A DNA stretch of 64,000 nt from an uncultured Nitrososphaerota archaeon (GCA_963824385.1 CAWGPD010000004.1:544001-608000), one strand, 5' to 3'; positions 34,630 to 44,705 are shown, counted from the first letter of the stretch. The notes: a model not told the origin generated them from the letters alone. A program made the numbers and translations.

Positions 34630-35529
34630 ATGAGTACACGCTTTAAAGGATTTGCGCTACTTGCGATTCTGCTTTGTGCTGTAGGAGTAATGCCCGTTTT
34701 TGCTTCTCCAGCTCTTATGGCGTATCCAAATGGTGTTATTCCAAATTCTACAAATGCTGGTAATACATCTGGAATTATAACAAGTCCTACATCAACATCT
34801 GCAATCAGTGTAACAACTGACAAGACTTCATACAATGATGGTGATATAATTACAGTGTCAGGAAGTACAATGAACTACATTGATCAACCGGTAGAAATCA
34901 TTGTCAAAAGTCCAATAGGAAACATTGTAAAAGTAGATCAGCTAACATTGGGATCTGATAGAACATTTTCAACAACGTTGAAAGCTACAGGATCTCTCTG
35001 GTCAGCAGCAGGAGTATACACAGTGATGGCATATTTTGGCTCTACTGACACAGCTCAGACAACCTTCCAATTCGCAGGTTCTTCTGCAACTCCACCAACA
35101 CAGGCTCCAACTACTATGCCAGTTGACAATACACAACTTTCTGTACAGTATAGTATAACCAATGGCAAAGTGACTGACATAAAGGCTGACGTACAGTCAA
35201 AGTCGATCATTGTATCAATACAGAGCACTGGGGACGGAGTATTAACCATAACACTCCCAAGAGCACTTATTGATTCACAAAATGGCGGACAAGATGCCCA
35301 ATGGGTGGTATTAAACGACGGTCAACAAAGTACATACACTGAGACAACCACGCCAACCGCTAGAACTCTAACAATTCCATTCGTAAATGGAACTTCAGAA
35401 ATAGAGATAATCGGTACACAGATAATTCCAGAGTTTGGACCAATCGCAGCTCTAGTACTTGCAATTGCAATCATATCAATAATTGCAGTTTCGTCAAAGA
35501 CTGGACTAAGATTTATGCCAAAATACTAG
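34630..35529 (+). CDS. PEFG-CTERM surface protein 1
   Basis: Signal peptide, two S/T-rich beta domains (TDKTSY, LPRALID), PEFG + TM + basic tail. Confidence 0.92.
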   Translation: MSTRFKGFALLAILLCAVGVMPVFASPALMAYPNGVIPNSTNAGNTSGIITSPTSTSAISVTTDKTSYNDGDIITVSGSTMNYIDQPVEIIVKSPIGNIVKVDQLTLGSDRTFSTTLKATGSLWSAAGVYTVMAYFGSTDTAQTTFQFAGSSATPPTQAPTTMPVDNTQLSVQYSITNGKVTDIKADVQSKSIIVSIQSTGDGVLTITLPRALIDSQNGGQDAQWVVLNDGQQSTYTETTTPTARTLTIPFVNGTSEIEIIGTQIIPEFGPIAALVLAIAIISIIAVSSKTGLRFMPKY

Positions 35530-35552
35530 AACCCTCTACTTTTTCATTTTTC
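35530..35552 (+). terminator. Probable oligo-T terminator shared after PEFG genes 1-4
   Basis: AACCCTCTACTTTT(T)CATT directly after the stop of genes 1-4. Confidence 0.55.
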
Positions 35553-35667
35553 AACTATTTTGACTTCAAACTTCTGTAGTTCATCAAATACCTCTAGACA
35601 AAACAATAGATTCAGTACTCAATTAAATTTCCATAAAACTGATAAATATGCGAAAACAAAGATAAAT

Positions 35668-36570
35668 TTGTTGAATAAAAGATTAGGCGGATTTGTATTA
35701 TTAGTAATTATATCAAGTGCAGTAGGCATCGGTCCCGTTTTTGCGTCTCCAGCTCTTATGGCGTATCCAAATGGTGTTATTCCAAATTCTACAAATGCTG
35801 GTAATACATCTGGAATTATAACAAGTCCTACATCAACATCTGCAATCAGTGTAACAACTGACAAGACTTCATACAATGATGGTGATACAGTTAAAGTGTC
35901 AGGAAGTACAATGAATTACATTTCTGATCAACCGGTCACTCTCATCATCAAAAGTCCAATAGGAAACATTGTAAGTTTGGCCCAAGTACCTCTAGGTTCT
36001 GATAGAACGTATTCAACAACACTAAAAGCTTCAGGATCTCTCTGGTCAGCAGCAGGTGTATACACAGTCATGGTACAATTTGGCAGTAATGCTAATGCAG
36101 CTCAGACAACCTTCCAATTCGCAGGTTCTTCTGCAACTGCAACACAGGGTCCAACTATGTCAGTTGATGGCACATCACTTTCCGTACAGTATAGCATAAC
36201 CAACGGCAAAGTGACTGACATAAAGGCAAATGTACAATCAAAGTCTATTATTGTGTCGATGAATTCTACTGGGGACGGAGTATTAACCATAACACTCCCA
36301 AGAGCACTTATTGATTCACAAAATGGCGGACAAGATGCCCAATGGGTGGTATTAAACGACGGTCAACAAAGTACATACACTGAGACAACCACGCCAACCG
36401 CTAGAACTCTAACAATTCCATTCACATACGGAACTTCAGAAATAGAGATAATCGGTACACAGATAATTCCAGAGTTTGGACCAATCGCAGCTCTAGTACT
36501 TGCAATTGCAATCATATCAATAATTGCAGTTTCGTCAAAGACTGGACTAAGATTTATGCCAAAATACTAG
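35668..36570 (+). CDS. PEFG-CTERM surface protein 2 (tandem paralog of 1; probable TTG start)
   Basis: Same architecture; TATA-like GATAAATA about 27 bp upstream of TTG 35668. Confidence 0.9.
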   Translation: MLNKRLGGFVLLVIISSAVGIGPVFASPALMAYPNGVIPNSTNAGNTSGIITSPTSTSAISVTTDKTSYNDGDTVKVSGSTMNYISDQPVTLIIKSPIGNIVSLAQVPLGSDRTYSTTLKASGSLWSAAGVYTVMVQFGSNANAAQTTFQFAGSSATATQGPTMSVDGTSLSVQYSITNGKVTDIKANVQSKSIIVSMNSTGDGVLTITLPRALIDSQNGGQDAQWVVLNDGQQSTYTETTTPTARTLTIPFTYGTSEIEIIGTQIIPEFGPIAALVLAIAIISIIAVSSKTGLRFMPKY

Positions 36571-37024
36571 AACCCTCTACTTTTTCATTAAGGCATTTCT
36601 TCAGAAGATTGTGGAATCAAGATTGAAGGTGATAATAAGTGTATGACCTTGATTTAAAATGCCAGTCAAAAATAAATGCATTAGATCATATTTTTATAAA
36701 AATTAAGTCTCAATTAACAAATGGACGATGATACACTGGCTTATGTGACTATTGGATGTGGTGTACTTATTGCGATTGGTGGATTTTTTATGTTTTCATG
36801 TATGCTTTAGCTCAGTTAGGTTCTTTGGGTGTTAGGTATAGTCGTATCTATAATTGGTGCTTCTAAACTCTTTTAGTTCTTTTTTCAAACCCATATGATA
36901 ACCTGCTTAAGATTCCACCTACAAAAACAAGCATTTCATACAAAACCGAAAGCCAATCTGGGATTAATGATCTATGTCCCGACTGGTAACTTGGTCAAGT
37001 TCTGTCCCGAAAGGTACCAGAGTC

Positions 37025-37070
37025 TTTTTTAAATATACATAAATATCCATTCTGCTTAATCGCAAATAAG
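37025..37070 (+). promoter_or_regulatory. TATA-type promoter shared by PEFG genes 3 and 4
   Basis: TTTTTTAAATATACATAAATA ending about 25 bp before ATG, also at about 38151-38171. Confidence 0.6.
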
Positions 37071-37640
37071 ATGAGTACTCATAAAGAATATGCGTTGATC
37101 GCAATTCTTGCTACAGCAGCTATAGTAGGTATAGTTCCGGCTTTTGCAATGGACAACCCCTACATGGCATGTCCGGACTGTAACGAAACCAGCAACATCC
37201 AACAGCCACAAAAAATACCAATGACAGTAACAACTGACAAACCAGTTTACGATCACAATTCACAAATTATGATCACTGGACATGTTGTAAACCCATTCCC
37301 AGGGCAAGATGTTAGTTTGGAGATAACCAGTCCGACTGGCAATATAGTAACAGTGGCTCAAGTAGCCCCTGATAGCAACGGTGATTTTACTACAACAGTA
37401 AGTACCGTTGGTAATCTATGGCTTGAGAACGGACAATACACAGTAGTAGCACAGCAAGGAGACCAACAAGCAAGAGTGAATTCAGCCGTATTCCAACTCA
37501 CAGGTGTAGCAGTAGGAACACCATCAGCACCAGTAATTCCAGAGTTTGGACCAATCGCAGCTCTAGTACTTGCAATTGCAATCATATCAATAATTGCAGT
37601 TTCGTCAAAGACTGGACTAAGATTTATGCCAAAATACTAG
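37071..37640 (+). CDS. PEFG-CTERM surface protein 3 (single domain, N-terminal CxxC)
   Basis: Signal peptide, CPDC, TDKPVY domain, PEFG tail. Confidence 0.9.
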   Translation: MSTHKEYALIAILATAAIVGIVPAFAMDNPYMACPDCNETSNIQQPQKIPMTVTTDKPVYDHNSQIMITGHVVNPFPGQDVSLEITSPTGNIVTVAQVAPDSNGDFTTTVSTVGNLWLENGQYTVVAQQGDQQARVNSAVFQLTGVAVGTPSAPVIPEFGPIAALVLAIAIISIIAVSSKTGLRFMPKY

Positions 37641-38196
37641 AACCCTCTACTTTTTCATTTTTTAAGAAATTTTCAGTACATGAGAACATCAACAAAATTT
37701 AGATTGCAATTCAGAATGGCAATAACTAATACCACAATTCATAATCCAAGTATGCCATAGTTTGTAGAATCATAAAGCATGATAAATGCAATGTCATGTA
37801 TCATATATCATTTAAAAATAAATGAAAAGATGTCTCAGAATACACATGCATGTTGTAAAAAAAATATAATATATGAAGATCGGTTCATCGAAGTCAATTC
37901 TAAAACATATTGTATAGATTCAAGCACATCAATTACAACAAAATATGTTTTAGAATTTTCAAGTACAGTACGAGAACAAACTACAAGAAAATCACATAAT
38001 CAAAAATTATTTGCCATAGATCCAAATATAAAATCAAACCTCAGATGAAAAAAGGCTCATTTGAAAAGATGAGTTGTCACATTTCAAATTAACAAACTTG
38101 ATTCATATTAGATCGCCAAGATAACCAAGTCTCTACTAGATAACAGAATTTTTTTTAAATATACATAAATAGTCTTGCTTCTTAATCGCAAATAAG

Positions 38197-39088
38197 ATGA
38201 GTACTCATAAAGAATATGCGTTGATCGCAATTCTTGCTACAGCAGCTGATAATAGGCATTCTGCCAGCATTTGCTCAATCAGCAGCAGATTCAAGCCAAA
38301 TCAGCTCTGGTCCCGGGTCTCAACAAATCCTGCCAATCACAGTGTCAACAGACAAAGGTGTTTATGACAGACAGTCAACAGTAATTGTTACAGGACATGT
38401 CCTAAATGCAATAGGTGGAGAGACTGTCACAATGAAAGTTTCTGATCCATCAGGAAACGTTGTACAAGTAAATCAGATAACATTGAGCAGTAATGGCGAC
38501 TATGAAGCTAAAATCAACACTTCAAGTCCATTATGGTCTGCAGGTGGAACATACACCATTTATGTTCAAGCAGGAGCTCAACAAGGATTACTTTCAACAA
38601 CAACACAGTTTACAGTTTCTGGCGGAGTAGAGACGACATCAGCTACTAGTTGTACACCACAACAGCTTTCAATTACAGTAGATACCAATCTGTACTGTAT
38701 AGATTACAGTATTAATGGAGGAACTGTTTCTGGAATAACAGCGGACCACACATCTAAGAGTCTTGTTGTTGCAATACAAGCAACTAACGACGGCAACATC
38801 ACTCTTAACATTCCAAGATCCGTCTTAGATGCAAAAAGCGGTACAATGGACAGCTCCTTTGTAGTCCTACTTGATGGTGAACAAACATTGCAGTTTACAG
38901 ACTCACCTACTACAGACACAAGGAATATCACAATTCCATTCCATGCAGAATCTGAGAAGATTGAGATAATCGGTACACAGGTAGTTCCAGAGTTTGGACC
39001 AATCGCAGCTCTAGTACTTGCAATTGCAATCATATCAATAATTGCAGTTTCAGCAAAGACTGGACTAAGATTTATGCCAAAATACTAG
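38197..39088 (+). CDS. PEFG-CTERM surface protein 4; +1 frameshift at about 38248
   Basis: ATG 38197 and first 17 codons identical to gene 3; extra G, then IIGILPAFA; PEFG tail. Confidence 0.88.
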
Positions 39089-39156
39089 AACCCTCTACTT
39101 TCATTTTTTATCATCAACATAGTAAAGGAAATATACAACTAAAAGACAAGTCCGAT

Positions 39157-39990
39157 ATGCGTTATTTAGCAATTTTAATCATGTTGTTTTTCCTAAGTTC
39201 TGCACTATCAATTCCCATTTTGGCACAATCATCGGCTCCAGCAGCACCACTAATTACAATGAATACGGACAAATCATCATATACACTTGGTGATACAATT
39301 GTGATCTCAGGCGCTGTACAATCAGTAGTACCTGGAACTCCTTTAACTATTCAGATATTAGATCCAACAAACAGTCTTGTTCAAGTGGCACAGATTGATG
39401 TGTCACAAGATGGCAAGTATACAGATACTATCAAAGCTGTAGGAGTATTATGGAAAGTAAATGGAGCATATACAGTCAAGGTTCAATATGGCCCTTCAAA
39501 TGTATCCTCACAGGCTACATTTAATTTCCAAAGTTCAGTCACCCCTACAAGTAATGTATTTGCTCTCAAAGATCCCAACAGTCAACAAACTTTCAACGTA
39601 AATTACACCATAAGCGGAGGTACTGTTAAAACCATGACAATAGATACGCAGAGCCTATCGGTAATTGTATCAGTAAATTCCACCAGTGATGGAACCATTA
39701 CAGTACAACTACCAAGGACTTTGATTGATGCAAAGACAAATTCAGGTCAAGATGACGCATTCATAATACTCATAGATGGTGCTGAAGTAAAACCACAAAG
39801 CGAATCTTCAGATAATAATTTCAGAACCCTAACCATCCAGTTCTTACAAGGAGATCAAGATATAGAGATAATCGGTACACAGATAATTCCAGAGTTTGGA
39901 CCAATCGCAGCTCTAGTACTTGCAATTGCAATCATATCAATAATTGCAGTTTCGTCAAAGACTGGACTAAGATTTATGCCAAAATACTAG
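39157..39990 (+). CDS. PEFG-CTERM surface protein 5
   Basis: Signal peptide, TDKSSY, LPRTLID, PEFG tail. Confidence 0.92.
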   Translation: MRYLAILIMLFFLSSALSIPILAQSSAPAAPLITMNTDKSSYTLGDTIVISGAVQSVVPGTPLTIQILDPTNSLVQVAQIDVSQDGKYTDTIKAVGVLWKVNGAYTVKVQYGPSNVSSQATFNFQSSVTPTSNVFALKDPNSQQTFNVNYTISGGTVKTMTIDTQSLSVIVSVNSTSDGTITVQLPRTLIDAKTNSGQDDAFIILIDGAEVKPQSESSDNNFRTLTIQFLQGDQDIEIIGTQIIPEFGPIAALVLAIAIISIIAVSSKTGLRFMPKY

Positions 39991-40057
39991 AACTGAAAGT
40001 CAAATTTTTTTTTATCAATACATAAATACTCTAGATCCTGAGTATTTGCTAGCAGGC

Positions 40058-41083
40058 ATGAGAAGACAAAATATCTTTATTATATCATTATTAATCATAA
40101 CAGTGTTTTTGGCACCAATCGGTTTGCCAGCTTTTGGACAGAACGCAACAGTATCGCCGCCATCTAACGCAGGACCAGTAAATCCAAAGTTATTAGAAAA
40201 TACAACAACGGCTTACCAATACTTGCAAGCAGAAGCTAATGCAACTGGACTTTCAGATGTTAAAACACAGTTACAACCTTTGAATGTTACGACAAATTTA
40301 CCGACATATAACCAAGGGGATAAAATCGTCATGTCGGGTTATGTGAGAGACATACAGAATGGAACCGATGTATCAGTCATAGTTTTCAATCCAACAAAGA
40401 GCATGGTTTCAATAGGTCAATTACCAGTCACTTCAAGCGGTAGTTTTACTCAAACATTTCTAGCAACTGGACCACTTTGGACAACTGCAGGAACTTATAC
40501 TATATTAGCACAGTACGGACCTGACACAAATGTAACCAAGACATTCCAATATAGTGGCGGAACTGGAACAGCTACAATAGCACAATCAATCACTTCAACA
40601 TACAATTTACAATCAGGAAGTCAAAGTTATAGCATACCATATACCATCCAAGGAGCCACTGTTACTAGCATGAGTGTTTTGGCATCCACATACACATTAC
40701 AGATTAATCTAAGTCCTGCCACAGCAGCTGGTTCAATATCAGTCACCCTACCACGTGCGTTGATAGATGCAAAGACATTACCTCCGGTAAATCCTGATGC
40801 CAATTTAACAAAAGGAGTAGCAGCATCTACTGGTCCATTACCAGATACTAATTTCATAGTTACAATAGGTGGTAAGGCAGTTACACCGGCCAGCGATGTT
40901 AGGGGCCCAACTACCAGAACACTCAGTATTCCATTCAATGCAGGTGACAGTACAATTGACATTGTTGGAACAATAATAGTTCCAGAGTTTGGACCAATCG
41001 CAGCTCTAGTACTTGCAATTGCAATCATATCAATAATTGCAGTTTCAGCAAAGACTGGACTAAGATTTATGCCAAAATACTAG
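40058..41083 (+). CDS. PEFG-CTERM surface protein 6
   Basis: Signal peptide, LPRALID plus insertion, PEFG tail. Confidence 0.92.
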   Translation: MRRQNIFIISLLIITVFLAPIGLPAFGQNATVSPPSNAGPVNPKLLENTTTAYQYLQAEANATGLSDVKTQLQPLNVTTNLPTYNQGDKIVMSGYVRDIQNGTDVSVIVFNPTKSMVSIGQLPVTSSGSFTQTFLATGPLWTTAGTYTILAQYGPDTNVTKTFQYSGGTGTATIAQSITSTYNLQSGSQSYSIPYTIQGATVTSMSVLASTYTLQINLSPATAAGSISVTLPRALIDAKTLPPVNPDANLTKGVAASTGPLPDTNFIVTIGGKAVTPASDVRGPTTRTLSIPFNAGDSTIDIVGTIIVPEFGPIAALVLAIAIISIIAVSAKTGLRFMPKY

Positions 41084-41211
41084 AACAAAATTAATTTTTT
41101 AAAAATATTTTTCATATAATACTAAAAAAGAATCAATTAGCACATCGGTTATTTTAATAAATTCCATATCAATATCATAGATTATTATACAAGAATAAAT
41201 AAAGACATACA

Positions 41212-41550
41212 ATGGATTTCGAATTTGAGGAGTTTGATTCTCCTGAGGACATATTTATTGCAATGTCTACCATGGCACCGCCAATGAAAAATGTTTTGCC
41301 AATAAACTCGTACAAAGGATATATCTTTTCTATAATACCCTTGACTCCGGCTTCTGGAAATTCCTATTTGATGATATATTCAAAAGGAAAACTGGATGGA
41401 AAATTGCTAGAGTTTGACATGAATTTAAAAAAATTCAAAAGCGTAGAGGCTGCAGAAAGGTCAGACAAGATCTACTTTGTTGTTTTAACTCCTAAATCAA
41501 ATACTATTGCAGATGCTGCAATTAGGATGTTAGAGAAAAAGTCTATCTAG
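41212..41550 (+). CDS. Hypothetical protein
   Basis: 112-aa intact ORF; TTATTATA about 25 bp upstream. Confidence 0.72.
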   Translation: MDFEFEEFDSPEDIFIAMSTMAPPMKNVLPINSYKGYIFSIIPLTPASGNSYLMIYSKGKLDGKLLEFDMNLKKFKSVEAAERSDKIYFVVLTPKSNTIADAAIRMLEKKSI

Positions 41551-43119
41551 TATAAGTAGGGGCATTTACAGATCTACTTCGGGCATATTTTTCCATTATA
41601 TCTTCTGGAAGTTTACCGTTGAATAGATCTTTAGATAAACCTCTAAGATATCTCATAATTGCCCAAGTTCCAGCTTTTATCATACCATACATAACAAGTT
41701 TCATTGGCGGACCAAATGTCTTATTTCTAATTATTATAGGAATAATATCATTAATGACTCTAAGATTATGCTCCCATGATTTCCAAAATAGTGTAAATTG
41801 TGCTTCATTAAGATTACCAAAGTGCATGGAATTCTTTTCACTAAAGTCTTGATACAATAATGGTGCAACCAGACCACGCATTCTTGTTTTCCTAAAGTCT
41901 TCAATCAAATCAATAGTATATTGAGTCTCATCTGGTGTCTCGTCAGGCCAACCAATTATGATAGTAGCTGCTGGGAACCAATGGTTCTCATTTAGTATCC
42001 GTGCACCCTCTCGTACAACCCAGCCCCATTCATCTGTTGAAAATGGCTTGGTCTTAACCCCTAGATGTTTTTTGACCATTCTAGGTGCGACTGTTTCAAT
42101 TCCAAGATTTGTGGCAAGCCATTTTTCATCGCTCATGCCATTTACTTCAGACATGTCATGTAATAAGCTTTGGATCAGCACATACGGCAGAGAATGTCAT
42201 ATGCGTAGTTCCAACAAATCTTGCGCCCAAAGACTTCAAACCTTTCCACAACTCTATAATGGCATCATAGTTTGGTTGAAAGTCTCTGTTATCACAACCA
42301 TAAAGAAGCATTTCATCAGAATGTAACCAGATAGAATCAAAACCATAATCAAGATTCATTTTTGCCTCTTGTTGTAATCTTTCTAGTGGTAAATCTTTTT
42401 TTGATCTTTTATTGACATCGCAAAAGTCACAGCCTCGTCCACATCCTCGCATTGCCTCAATTAATGAGTTAACAGTAGGTCCCTGAATCATAGGAATATT
42501 TTGAATATTCTTAACAAAGCAATGCATCAATTCTGGCGCATCACCTTTTTCAAGATCATGGAAAAGATCTGAAGCTTAATTCATCTGCTTCACCTACTAC
42601 AACTGTATCAATACCATGAATTTTCATTCTATCAGTTTTTGCAAGTTCCCATGCACCGTTACCACCAACTACAACATGAAAGTTATACTTCTTTTTCAGT
42701 TGGATTATCTTAGCACACATTCTCTTAAATTTCATTGCAATGTAAGAGAGTTTTTCAGGGGACATTGTTGTAGTAACTGGAGCCATGCCAAGAGGATCCA
42801 TAACATTTATTCCTACAACTTTGGTATCAGGTCCAACACATTTTTCTAAATAATCAGGGTTTGCAATAAACACTTCATCTCGTTTGTAACCTTGTAATAG
42901 TGCAGATTCTACTCTTCTCAAACCAACTTGAGCCACCTTTGCTTCACCAGTCACTTGATCAGTTTCAACTGGAGGACAAAACACTTTATCAAAAACCCAT
43001 TCTGGAACTACTTCGTAAGGACCACATGCAATAAAGCCATACAGAAAATTGCCTCTATAATTAGTCATAAGGCTACGATTTGCAGTTAGAACTATTCTCC
43101 TTCCTGCCATTCCTTTCAT
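41543..43119 (-). CDS. B12-binding-domain radical SAM protein; frameshifts near 42560 and 42170
   Basis: VVVGG...VVVGEA, RGCGRGCDFC (CxxxCxxC), GIET, IIGWPDET across three ORFs. Confidence 0.87.
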
Positions 43120-43215
43120 CGACTTCTTTCCACTATGATATAAATCGTTTACCTAGATACATTATGAAAATTATTTACTTTTGACATATAAACAGGTATC
43201 ATATATCTACAGACA

Positions 43216-43935
43216 ATGGCTGGAGTAGAACCAAGACATGTTGAAGCACATCAAAAAGAGAGCAGTTCGATAAGAGATTTTGTATTTGGCTTTGGTGACG
43301 GCATAAACACTTCACTAGGGCTTGTAGCTGGAGTTGGAGGGGCAGCAATGCCTTCCAACATAATTATGCTTGCGGCCATTGTTGCCATGTTTACAGGGGC
43401 TAAAGCAATGGCTGTACAGAATTATCTTGCAGTGAAATCACAAAGACAGATTCTCAACTCTGAGATTGAACGAGAGAAATGGGAGATGGATAATGTACCA
43501 GAAGCAGAAAGAAGAGAGATAGAAGACGTATACAAGGCAAAAGGATTCACTGGCCAGGATTTAGAGAAAATTGTAAACAAGATAACATCTGACAAGAAAG
43601 TTTGGTTAGATACCATGCTTACAGAAGAACTCAAATTGAATTTAGAAATAGTTGGAAGCCCTCTAAAGAGTGCCTTCCGTATGTTTGGTGCATTTCTTGT
43701 CGGAGGAATACTACCTATTATTCCTTATTTCTTTTTAAGCGGATATATCCCACTCTTTGTGGCAATAGGAGTTAGTCTTTCTGCATCTTTTATCATTGGT
43801 GCAATTAAATCAAAGATTGCTAACATCAGCATGCTACGAGGTGGATTAGAGATGGCGGGACTAGGTACCGGTATTGCTCTAATAGGATATGGAATAGGTT
43901 CTGAGTTAGGAAGTCTTGGAATTATTAAGACCTGA
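43216..43935 (+). CDS. VIT1/CCC1 family Fe/Mn transporter
   Basis: RDFVFGFGDG, acidic loop EIEREKWE...EEL, PIIPY. Confidence 0.92.
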   Translation: MAGVEPRHVEAHQKESSSIRDFVFGFGDGINTSLGLVAGVGGAAMPSNIIMLAAIVAMFTGAKAMAVQNYLAVKSQRQILNSEIEREKWEMDNVPEAERREIEDVYKAKGFTGQDLEKIVNKITSDKKVWLDTMLTEELKLNLEIVGSPLKSAFRMFGAFLVGGILPIIPYFFLSGYIPLFVAIGVSLSASFIIGAIKSKIANISMLRGGLEMAGLGTGIALIGYGIGSELGSLGIIKT

Positions 43936-44705
43936 TTTTTTTCGTACACTTCTATTTGCTATATTAGTGCAAATGCTCCTGCACCAATACCATTATCAAT
44001 ATTGACAACGGAAAGTCCCAATGTACAACTTTGCAACATAGATGCCAATGCTGCTACTCCTTTTGCCCCATAACCATATCCAACTGATGATGGCACTCCA
44101 ATAACAGGTATGTCTACTAGTGATGAGATTATGGATGCAAGTGCACCTTCCATTCCAGCAACTACTATAATTGCATCCACATCATGATGTACCATTTTTT
44201 TAACTATAGGAAACAGTCTATGAATTCCAGCTATGCCAACATCATAACTACAGACACATTGACATCCCATCACTTCACACATCAGTCTTGCTTCTTCTGC
44301 AACCCCAACATCCGAAGTTCCAGCTGTCAATATTCCAACCTTTCCTCCCGTAGAAGACAATTTTTTGAAGAAAAGTATAGTGGTGGTATTTTTCCCTGTC
44401 TGTATTTTCATTTTATTCTTTCTAGAAAAAGTCAGCATTTGCTTGTAATGATCCTTGTTGATTCTTGAGACAAGAACAGAATCTGCTTTAGATGTTGTTG
44501 CAAGAATTATTTTCTTAAGATCCAAAAATTCTTTTTTTTCAGCAAATATAACCTCGGGTATTCCTCTGCGTAACTTTCTACTCATATCGATCTTGGCAAA
44601 ATCTTCTATTTTCTCTATAGAGTATAGAGAAAGCAATTTCTTGGCTTTTGGTACACTTATCTTTCCTAGATCAAGCGATTCTAATATTTCAGTAAGATCC
44701 AACAC
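43906..44705 (-). CDS. larB: Nickel-pincer cofactor biosynthesis LarB (PurE-like); ORF stops at 43959, probable late frameshift
   Basis: RRGIPEVIF, AGTSD, DVGIAGIHR, AGMEGAL, VNIDNG. Confidence 0.92.

Larger units (their letters stand above)
35428..41083 (+). repeat. Six dispersed 102-bp direct repeats (35428, 36469, 37539, 38987, 39889, 40982) encoding the PEFG tail and stop
   Basis: CCAGAGTTTGGACCAATCGCAGCT...ATGCCAAAATACTAG. Copies 1, 2, 3 and 5 are identical; copies 4 and 6 carry TCAGCA instead of TCGTCA. Confidence 0.96.

Noticed and set aside
35560..35667. Long N-terminal extension of PEFG gene 2 from the ORF track
   Set aside because: It overlaps terminator and promoter sequence; the signal peptide begins near TTG 35668.
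37779..38048. 89-aa plus-strand ORF in the PEFG spacer
   Set aside because: No recognisable motif in very AT-rich sequence; cannot be supported as a gene.
34630..41083. Diversity-generating retroelement, integron or IS array
   Set aside because: No reverse transcriptase, integrase or transposase in the window. Gene 1/2 differences are not adenine-specific, and the repeats are coding.
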